A DNA stretch of 64,000 nt. Source: an uncultured Planctomycetota bacterium (GTDB lineage Bacteria; Planctomycetota; Planctomycetia; Gemmatales; Gemmataceae). The notes under the pieces were generated by a model, which saw nothing but the letters and a program-made list of their open reading frames with translations, was not told the origin of the DNA and searched no databases. The DNA is taken from assembly GCA_963849325.1 (NCBI GenBank), contig CAWKHF010000012.1, positions 1,056,001 through 1,120,000 on the forward strand. The letters are read 5' to 3'. The translations under genes were made by a program, and so were the position numbers. This document shows positions 51,428-64,000 of the stretch, piece by piece (the stretch's first letter is position 1; the number at the start of each line of letters is the position of its first letter).

Positions 51428-54399
51428 TCTCCCGCGCCTTCGGGGACGAGTCGCAGTTCGGTCGCGCCCACATCGCGGCACTCGCCCGGCCTGACTTGGA
51501 GCGTCGCCTCGGCGGATTTTGTCGTCCGCTCGAATGTCCGCTTGCCGCGGCGGAACCGATAGTTCAAACGTCAATTCCGGGATCAACTCATCGAGCGTGA
51601 ACGCTCCCTTGGCGTCGGTCACGATTTGCTTCGCCGCGTGCAGAGAACTGGTGGATCTCCTGGGCCGCGTGGTGCCGGTACGCAGAATCGACCACGACGC
51701 CAGCCAAAGGTTTGCCCTCGGCATCGAGCAATCGGCCCTTGATCGCTCCCGCCGGTCCGAGCTTCACCACGACCGGCGTGTTTCTCGTCTCCCTTCAAGC
51801 GCCAGTGAGCCGACGAGTTTTTGCTCGGGTTCGAGAGAAGACCATAAGTCGCGGTTTGCGTGCCTCCAGACTGTAAACCGAACAGGAAGCTTCCCGCACC
51901 CACAGAGGGGCGGCAACCAGGATTTGTCGACCGATCGCCGTTACCCAGACGCCGGCGAGCGGCCGGCCCTCGCCATCTTGAATTTTCACCGCCATCAGGA
52001 TGCTTCGGCTCGCTCCAGAACGATGTCCTGTTTGACGTCGGCGACACCCGGCTTGATGTCCAGCACCTTGCAGAAGTTGCCTTGCACGGTCGCGCGGCCG
52101 CCGCCGAAGGCGTCATATTCCACTCGCGAAACCGCCGGGATTGTGGAAATATTGCGGATATTTCGCGTCGGCATCGGCTGTCTATACTTCAATCATCGAG
52201 GAATCCCCGACGCTCTGCCTATCGGAGCTACCCATCAGCAACACCGGGCCAGGGATGGTCACGACTCGAAAGGTGCCGCCGGCTGCCGTGGTGTCATAGG
52301 CGTCGCACTTGCCATGAATGACGGATGCGAAGGGCGGATAATCTTTGACAAAGGGGTTATCGATCAGGACGGCCGCCATCGACGAAGGCCGGGCAGCGAC
52401 TCGCCGGTCGGCTTATCGATCACTTTGCCGGTGACGATCACGCCCTTTCTTCACGGCGAATGTCCGCCGTGACGGAGCGATAGCCGGCCGTGTCGTCGGC
52501 ACAAACCTGGCAGGCCAGGTAGCCCGTGGCCGCATCGCTGGCGACGTCGAGCAGGTACGACTTGGCCTTGCGGGCACCGTGGATTTCATAGCGGCCCTGG
52601 GCATCCGTCTTCGCCTTGGGACCGCGTCCTGGAGCGGTTCGTCCTTGTATTGGGTCCAGGCGGACCACAAGTCCCGGCCAGACCCTTGCCGGTGTCGGCG
52701 TCCTTGACGAAGCCGCGAATCGGTCTTCTCGGCCTCCGCAACGACGGAAAAATCGGGACCGTGCAGACCAGCACGCGGAATGCGATCCGACCGTATCCTT
52801 TCGGGATGTTGTCGTTCCATGACGCCTGGTTATACGGTTTGGGGTCGAAGCCGGCGCGATTAACGATCACAGGCCTGGGTATTGGCGATGCCGGCCCCCT
52901 GAAGGTGGAGTCGGACGGTCCGCTCCGCGCCGATGCCGTGAGAGGGCAAAGCGGCCGTCGGCGTCCGTCGTCGTGCGGCAACAGCGCAGCGGCTCCGGAC
53001 CAGAGCAGTTTTTCGCCCAATCCGGCGTCGCAGATTGCAAGTGGCGTTTCTTCCAGCGCGGCCAGGAAGGAATCGAGCGAGTTATTCGGGTAAACGTTCG
53101 ATGCTCAGGACGGCCACACGCACGCCGCGTCACCGGCTTGCCCTCGGTGTTGACGACCCGGCCGCGAATCACGTTGTCCTTCACCAACCGAAGCTCGACG
53201 GGCTTTCCGGATCCCACCAGCGAGAGCGAAAAAGTCGATGCCGGCGTCATCGGATTGAGCGATGAGTTCAGGCCATAAGCGGTCCTTCACCTCTTTGGGG
53301 ACCGCGACGGTGAAGCGGCCATCTGCCGCCGAGACGCCGAGTTGCTTGATCTTCGCCGTCCTTGTCGAGCAACCAGAGCTTGGCTCCGGCTTTTGGTTGG
53401 CCATCGACTCCGAGAACTCGTCCCTGGACTTGCACGGTCTTGGCCGCCTCGCGCTGGGGCGGTGCGGTCGCCGGCTTCTCGTCTGCCTTGGCGGGCGGTG
53501 TCTCCGCGAACTGGGCCGGCGGAGCGACGGGCCGCTTGTGACTCAGCGCCAAGCCACCAGCGACGGCGACGCTCAACAGACTCACAGCCAGCAAAATCAC
53601 CGCCGCCACCTTCGTCTTACTGACAAACAGACTCGCGCTTGCCGTTTTCACCAGGGCGGCAACGGCCGGCGTCATCGGCGCCGCACGCAGGACACTCCGC
53701 ACTGTCACGCCGGCCAGCGCCGCCGGCACCATCGCCGACGTACTACCCTCGGCGAACAGCGAAGCCGTCAGCGCCGCCAACGGCGTCAGGCCCCGCGCCA
53801 GCAGCCGGCGTCGCAGCAACTCGCGGCCACGTTCCAATCGGCGATGCAGCGTACCCCTGCTCCAACCCAGAAGACGCGCCGCTTCCGGCCGCGTCTTGCC
53901 TTCGAGATAACACAACACCACCGCACAACGCAGGGCGTCCGGCAAGCGCTGCAATTCCTCCGCCACGATCGTTCGCACCTCGCGCCAGGTCGCCTCGGTC
54001 AAGGGGTCCAGCGTGCTTGGCTCCGCGAGTCGAGCGAGGCATCCGGTCTTGTCGCCTCGTCCATGCTTGGCCGCGTCCGCGCGAGCGCGGACGGCCAGGT
54101 GATACGCCACGCGGTACAAGAAGCCGCCCACATCGGTCTGTCGAATGGAGGCGGCCTTGCGGGCGAGGATGAGGAAGGCAGCCTGAAAAGCGTCCTCGGC
54201 ATCCTGTTCGTGGCCGAGCACGCGGCGGCACACGCCGTAGCACCATCGGCCCGTGCCGCCGCACTAACAGGGCGAACATCGTTTCGTCGCGCTGCGCGGC
54301 GAAGCGCTCCAGGAGTTGATGGTCCGTCAGCGCATCAAGGGTATGGCTGGCGACCAACTGTTGCACCTGCCGCAGCAAGTTCGCCGAGGTGGCGGTCAT
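51424..54399 (-). CDS. Membrane-anchored ECF sigma factor with long C-terminal beta-repeat extension (planctomycete ECF57-like; many indels)
   Basis: TDHQLLERF...FALLVRRHGPMV..CRRVL...DAEDAFQAAFLILARKA; LCYLEGK; RRLERGRELLRRRL; TM; repeated GRV.D.EGKP / TDA.GRF units. Confidence 0.85.
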
Positions 54400-54522
54400 G
54401 TCTTCGCCCTCGCCCAATGATGTCGTTGTCTCCGTACACCATAGAGGCGCGCCGACGCCGGCTGAGCGCCGCCTTTCTCGGCCCCGGCCGTCATCCGCGC
54501 CGCGGGACACCTGGCTGGAGTT

Positions 54523-54903
54523 TCATTTCTCCTTCGGCTTGTCCTCCGGCAACGTCGTCACGACAACACCCACGCCCAGGACTTTTTTCCCGTCGAGCGT
54601 GACCGCCACGAAGGCACCCCTCTTGACGTCCTTGAGACTATCCTTCGCCTTGAGGATCTTCTTCTGGTCCTTGTTGACCATGTAACCGACGGTGGTGTCG
54701 CCGGGAACCTTGAATTCTTTCTTGTTGCCTTCGACGGTGAGAGTAAGGATCTCCTCCTTGTAGGACTCGAAGGTGCCCACGACCGTCGTGAACTTCGGTT
54801 CCTTGGCATCCTTCTTGTCTGATTCCTTCTTGTCCTGGGCTGCCAGGGCCAGGCTGGACAGGAACAATCCGACAACCAAAATACTGGCGAAATGGCGAAG
54901 CAT
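54523..54903 (-). CDS. Secreted Lys-rich small beta-barrel hypothetical protein
   Basis: Signal peptide; GTFESYK..ILTLTV...KEFKV...LKDVKRGAFVAVT; GGAAGGAG RBS. Confidence 0.75.
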   Translation of the reverse strand: MLRHFASILVVGLFLSSLALAAQDKKESDKKDAKEPKFTTVVGTFESYKEEILTLTVEGNKKEFKVPGDTTVGYMVNKDQKKILKAKDSLKDVKRGAFVAVTLDGKKVLGVGVVVTTLPEDKPKEK

Positions 54904-55183
54904 ACGACGCTCCTTCCCGTTGAAGATCCCTGAATATCGCTCCGGATACCGCGCCGGAGCCTACAGACAATATAAGCGAAAAGTGGTCCCTCCATCACAT
55001 GAGTAAGTCGCCCCTTCTTCTCCTTGGGGCACCTGCCAATTTGCCTCCCGCGCAGGTCGCTGACTGTCATCTCCGCAGTGTCGAACGCCTATCCACTCCA
55101 TCTGTCTCCGTTGTCCTCCAGCAGTCTTGCGGCAACCATTTGCATATTCAGTGTTTACGGCGTGTCCCCGGAGCATGGACGAT

Positions 55184-55199
55184 TGGCACTCCACTTGCT
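55184..55199 (+). promoter_or_regulatory. Sigma54 (-24/-12) promoter upstream of clpB
   Basis: TGGCAC-TCCAC-TTGCT matches TGGCAC-N5-TTGCW, 100 nt before the clpB ATG. Confidence 0.8.
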
Positions 55200-55298
55200 C
55201 TTACTTCAGCCGTCCGTGTCGCTTTCTTTCCTCACTTCCAAATTCGAGTAAGAGGCCGCGGAGCAATCGAACTTGCGAGCCTCGGGCCGGAGGGTTGG

Positions 55299-57913
<2,615 letters not shown>

Positions 57914-57918
57914 TGCCC

Positions 57919-57996
57919 CTTTGTAGCGGTGAGCCGAGCTTGCGAGGCCCACCACGCTCCCTGGTGGGCCTCGCAAGCTCGGCCCACCCTACAAAG
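57919..57996. repeat. GTAG-type REP doublet (REPIN-like)
   Basis: ctttgtag...gccgagcttgcgaggcccacc - ggtgggcctcgcaagctcggcccaccctacaaag; GTAG/CTAC ends. Confidence 0.85.
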
Positions 57997-58024
57997 CGGC
58001 GGCCCCGAATAAAGGACGACAGCG

Positions 58025-58390
58025 ATGTCCGACGATTTCATCCGCATCATGCACGCCTTGTTTCTGCCGGCGGCGGAGTCGTGCCACGATTCGCCCTGGT
58101 GCCCCGCCGCCGACGTGTATCGCGGACGCCACGGCTGGCTCGTCAAGTTCGAGCTGGCCGGCGTCCGCCCCGAGGACATGGAGCTGACCGTGCGCGGCCG
58201 TCGCCTGACGCTGCGCGGCGTCCGCCGCGACTGCACCGCCCTGGAAGGCTGCCACTACTACCAGATGGAGATCGCTTACAGTCATTTCGAGCGCAGCCTG
58301 GAGCTGCCCTGCGACCTGGAACGGGCCGACATCACCACCGACTACCGCGATGGCATGTTGCTCGTTCGCATCCCCGATGGAGGCGACTTC

Positions 58391-58394
<4 letters not shown>
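58025..58394 (+). CDS. Hsp20 / alpha-crystallin small heat-shock protein
   Basis: WCPAADVY, ELAGV.PED, LTLRG.R, EIAYSHFERSLELP, A/T-Y.DGML.VRIP. Confidence 0.9.
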
Positions 58395-60811
<2,417 letters not shown>

Positions 60812-60852
60812 AGCACCGGATCGCCCTTGCTTTTTGCCCTTCGAGGTATCCG

Positions 60853-62061
60853 ATGGCGTTCGACGACGAGTACACTTGGCCGCGCTCGCAGCCGTCGCAG
60901 TACGGCCAACCGGCCGCAGCGCCCACGCCGTTCCTCCTCGCCCTGGCTGCCGCCGCTCTTGACGGTGCTGGTCCTGTGCGGTCTGCTCATCCTCGGCACA
61001 CTGCTGTGGAGCGAGTACCGCGCCCACAAAGCGGCCCAGGACCGCAATCTCTTCGGCGTCCCGCGTCAGGTCGACGCCGCGCGGCGAGCTATCGCGAGCT
61101 CGAAAAAACCAACATCGACATTTACAAGCAAACCAAGCCGTCGGTGGTCCACATCACCTCGCTGACCGTGCAGCGCGACGACTGGAGCCTCAACGTCCAG
61201 GAAGTGCCGGAGGGCACCGGCTCCGGCTTCGTCTGGGACAAGGGCGGCCACGTCGTCACCAACTTTCACGTCATCAAGGGCGCCGACGGCGCCCAGGTGA
61301 CGCTGGCCGATCACACCACCTGGCGGGCGACGCTCGTCGGCGCCGCCCCCGACAAGGACCTGGCCGTGCTGCACATCGACGCTCCCAAGGACAAGCTGGC
61401 GCCCATCCCGATCGGCAAGTCGTCGGACCTGCAGGTCGGCCAGATGGCCTACGCCATCGGCAATCCGTTCGGACTCGACCTGACGCTGACGACCGGCGTC
61501 GTCAGCGCCCTGGGCCGGGAGATCCAGTCGGTGACGAAGCGGACGATCAAGAACGTGATCCAGACCGACGCCGCCATCAACCCCGGCAACTCCGGCGGCC
61601 CGCTGCTGGACAGCGCCGGCCGGCTCATCGGCGTCAACACGGCCATCTACAGCCCCTCCGGCAGCAACGCCGGCATCGGCTTCGCCATCCCGGTGGACGA
61701 GGTCAACCGCGTGGTGCCGCAGCTCATCAAGAATGGCAAGGTCGAGCGCCCCGGCCTCGGCGTACAGGTCGCTCACGATCAGCTGGCCCACGAGCTGGGC
61801 GTGCGGAAGGGGGCGTTGCTGGTGCGGACCTTCCGCAACGGCCCGGCGGCAAAGGCCGGCCTGCGGCCGACGCGGCGCGACGACGATGGCGACATCCGCC
61901 TCGGCGACGTCATCCTCGCCGTCGATGACAAGCCAGTCGAGAAGGCCAACGAACTGTTCGATGTGTTGGAGACCTACAAGATCGGCGATACGGTGAAGCT
62001 GACCATCCTCCGCGAGGACGAACAGATGCAGGTGAAAGCGACGCTTGGGGCCGTGGATTGA
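60853..62061 (+). CDS. HtrA/Deg-family membrane-anchored serine protease with one PDZ domain (N-terminal indels)
   Basis: [52 protein letters not shown] in shifted frame. Confidence 0.92.
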   Translation: MAFDDEYTWPRSQPSQYGQPAAAPTPFLLALAAAALDGAGPVRSAHPRHTAVERVPRPQSGPGPQSLRRPASGRRRAASYRELEKTNIDIYKQTKPSVVHITSLTVQRDDWSLNVQEVPEGTGSGFVWDKGGHVVTNFHVIKGADGAQVTLADHTTWRATLVGAAPDKDLAVLHIDAPKDKLAPIPIGKSSDLQVGQMAYAIGNPFGLDLTLTTGVVSALGREIQSVTKRTIKNVIQTDAAINPGNSGGPLLDSAGRLIGVNTAIYSPSGSNAGIGFAIPVDEVNRVVPQLIKNGKVERPGLGVQVAHDQLAHELGVRKGALLVRTFRNGPAAKAGLRPTRRDDDGDIRLGDVILAVDDKPVEKANELFDVLETYKIGDTVKLTILREDEQMQVKATLGAVD

Positions 62062-62110
62062 CGGCTGTTTTTCCACCACTCTATTACGCCGACACGAATA
62101 AAAATCATCT

Positions 62111-62166
62111 ACTAGCCCGGAGCGCCAGCGACGGGTGTTCACCCGTCGCTGGCGCTCCGGGCTAGT
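62111..62166. repeat. REP-like palindrome (AGCCCGGAGCGCNAGCGACGG family)
   Basis: actagcccggagcgccagcgacgggtg-tt-cacccgtcgctggcgctccgggctagt, perfect stem. Confidence 0.92.
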
Positions 62167-62204
62167 CAAGGTCCGTTCGTGCCTGGCATGAGCAGGGGTC
62201 CGCC

Positions 62205-63554
62205 TCAGGGGAGTGATTTCCGCCACTCGACCGCCAGCTTCGTCAACCGCCGCACGAGGTCGGGTTTGTCGCTTGCGCGGTCGTTCTTCTCCGTTGGGTC
62301 AGCCGCCAGGTTGTACAGCTCGGCCCCGGTCCCATCGGCGTTCACCAGCAGTTTCCAGTCCCCCTCCCGCACGGCCACGTTCGGGCTTCGATCCGCGGCC
62401 TTGGGGTAGGCAAAGGCCGTGGCATTCCGGCCGTACTCCCAGAACAGCGGCTTCGACCTCCGGAGGGTCTTCCCGGAAAGTGCTGGGCTCAGGTCTTCTC
62501 CATCGGCGACATATCCTCGGGGGAGGTCAGTCCGGCACAGTTTACACAAGGTCGGCAACAGGTCCACGGCCGCCAGCACCGTGCTCTCGTTCGTGATCCC
62601 GGACGGCACGATTCCCGGACCCCAGGCGAGGAACGGCAGCCGGAGGCCGCCTTCATAGAGGCTCAGCTTGCTGCCTCGCAGACCGGCCGTCCGTCGCCGA
62701 TCAAACGTCGGCAAGGGACCATTATCGGAAAGGAACAAGACGAGCGTCGGTCGATCCGCCTTGCGGCCGCGCACCGCGTCGAGCAGCCGGCCGACCTGCC
62801 GGTCCATTTCTGTCAGCACTTTCGATAGCCGCTCGGGAGTGTCTCCCTTGCCGACGGCTCGGCCACCTTTCCCGACACGCTGGTCGGCCGCCGACGGCAC
62901 CCAGGGCGTGTGCGGATCATCCAGCCACAGGTTCACGAAACAGGGGGCGTCCGAACGGTCGTTCAAAACCTGGAGGACGCGGTCCACCATCCAGCCGGTT
63001 CGGTCCCAGCGCTTCACCTTATCGTTGGCGGACCAGATCCAGTCCGTGGCGGTCAGGTCCTGGTGTGGCTCCGGGCTTTCCCAGGTACCGATACCGCGGT
63101 CGTAGCCGTAGGCGGCGAAGCGGGGCGGATCGACCACATCCCGGCCGCCGCCCAGGTGCCACTTGCCGATGTGGATGGTCCGGTATCCAGCCGCCTTCAG
63201 GATCCGTGGCAGAGAGGGAGCGCGCGGATCGAGAAAATCGGCCTGGCCACAGGCGCGGTTGCCGGCGCGGGTCTGGAGGAAGCTGGTAATCTTCCACCGG
63301 CCCGGGTATTGGCCGGTGAGCAGCCCGCACCGGGACGGCGAGCAGATCGGGGCGGCGGCGTAGTACTGGGTGAACCGCACTCCCTCCCGCGCCATCCGGT
63401 CGAGGTGCGGAGTGGGCGTGGGACCGCCGTAGCTGGACAGGTCTCCCGGCCCGAGGTCGTCGGCGAGGACAAGCACGACGTTCGGCCTCTCGGCCGCGAA
63501 GGCGGGCAACGAGAGCAAGAACGTCTCGGCAAGGACCAGCAGGAAGCGGCTCAC
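62205..63554 (-). CDS. Formylglycine-dependent (Cys-type) sulfatase
   Basis: Signal peptide; RPNVVLVLADDLG; CSPSRCGLLTG; GKWHLG; SDNG; KLSLYEGG. Confidence 0.93.
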   Translation of the reverse strand: MSRFLLVLAETFLLSLPAFAAERPNVVLVLADDLGPGDLSSYGGPTPTPHLDRMAREGVRFTQYYAAAPICSPSRCGLLTGQYPGRWKITSFLQTRAGNRACGQADFLDPRAPSLPRILKAAGYRTIHIGKWHLGGGRDVVDPPRFAAYGYDRGIGTWESPEPHQDLTATDWIWSANDKVKRWDRTGWMVDRVLQVLNDRSDAPCFVNLWLDDPHTPWVPSAADQRVGKGGRAVGKGDTPERLSKVLTEMDRQVGRLLDAVRGRKADRPTLVLFLSDNGPLPTFDRRRTAGLRGSKLSLYEGGLRLPFLAWGPGIVPSGITNESTVLAAVDLLPTLCKLCRTDLPRGYVADGEDLSPALSGKTLRRSKPLFWEYGRNATAFAYPKAADRSPNVAVREGDWKLLVNADGTGAELYNLAADPTEKNDRASDKPDLVRRLTKLAVEWRKSLP

Positions 63555-64000
63555 TTCTTCTCCTTCCTCGGTCGAGGATCCGGCAACGCACGCTCGGTCT
63601 TCAATCCCTCATCTCCCTGCGCTTTCATCCAGGCGTCCAGCTCGGCCCGCAGGCCGCGGAGCGTCTTTGCCCGGGCGAGGTCGGCGGCGAGGTTTTTCAA
63701 TTCCCACGGATCGGCCGTCAGGTCATACAGTTCCTCGGCCGGGCGAGTGTGATAGCGGCGGATGAGGGCGGCCGCCGCCGGGTCCGTCTTCGCCTTGTCG
63801 ATCCAGGAGTTCCAGTAGTCGCGTCCATCGGCCGCGATGCCCTTATCAATGTGGGTGTGGTGTTCGGCAGCCGGGTCGAGATTGCGGATGTACTTCCATC
63901 GGCGGGTCCGCACCGCTCGGATGGGATAGCGGTTCATGTCTCCGTCCCCGCTGTGCGTCAGAAAGACCTTGTCCCGATGAGCCGTCTTCTCGTCCCGAAG
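63551..64000 (-). CDS. Sulfatase C-terminal part (5' end outside window)
   Basis: YPIRAVRTRRWKYIRN, RPAEELYDL.ADPWE..NLA, WMK.QGD; ATGA overlap with the next sulfatase. Confidence 0.8.
   Translation of the reverse strand, partial: LRDEKTAHRDKVFLTHSGDGDMNRYPIRAVRTRRWKYIRNLDPAAEHHTHIDKGIAADGRDYWNSWIDKAKTDPAAAALIRRYHTRPAEELYDLTADPWELKNLAADLARAKTLRGLRAELDAWMKAQGDEGLKTERALPDPRPRKEKK

Noticed and set aside
50081-51724. 547-aa DUF1800 ORF with N-terminal extension
   Set aside because: The extension comes from frameshifted pieces of the upstream ECF gene; DUF1800 starts at 51427 or 51421

Overview
GC-rich bacterial chromosomal window, most likely a planctomycete (Gemmataceae-like), judged from the DUF1559 prepilin-like protein, DUF1570, the DUF1800/DUF1501 pair, an ECF sigma-Ser/Thr kinase pair, a long membrane-anchored ECF sigma factor and sulfatases. 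Many conserved genes are split by single-base indels (kdpA, NtrC-type regulator, kinase, clpB, lon, htrA). These look like long-read consensus errors rather than true pseudogenes. Main content, left to right: (1) kdpFAB potassium-pump operon with a predicted sigma54 promoter and tandem enhancer-like sites, divergent from an NtrC-family regulator, a HAMP histidine kinase and a stand-alone KdpD-N/USP protein; (2) a 1127-aa M1 aminopeptidase fused to an Omp85/BamA-like beta-barrel, carrying two in-frame palindromic DNA inserts; (3) lipase, beta-hydroxyacid dehydrogenase, a type IIG restriction-modification gene, aldo/keto reductase and an EamA transporter; (4) a translationally coupled sterol-desaturase / unknown / HTTM operon; (5) solitary rpsR, DUF1570, DUF1559, ECF-kinase module, methyltransferase, vWA protein, gltX, PseG-like protein, LLM monooxygenase and hydrolase, amidohydrolase, nfo, ECF/anti-sigma and HtrA; (6) an ECF-DUF1800-DUF1501 operon; (7) a clpB-hsp20-lon-htrA proteostasis cluster with a predicted sigma54 promoter; (8) two sulfatases. 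About 15 REP-like palindromes from several families punctuate the window. No rRNA, tRNA, CRISPR array or transposase was recognised. The best candidates for undescribed systems are the M1-peptidase/Omp85 fusion, the sigma54/split-KdpD potassium regulon and the desaturase-HTTM operon. All calls come from reading motifs by eye; no database search was run.
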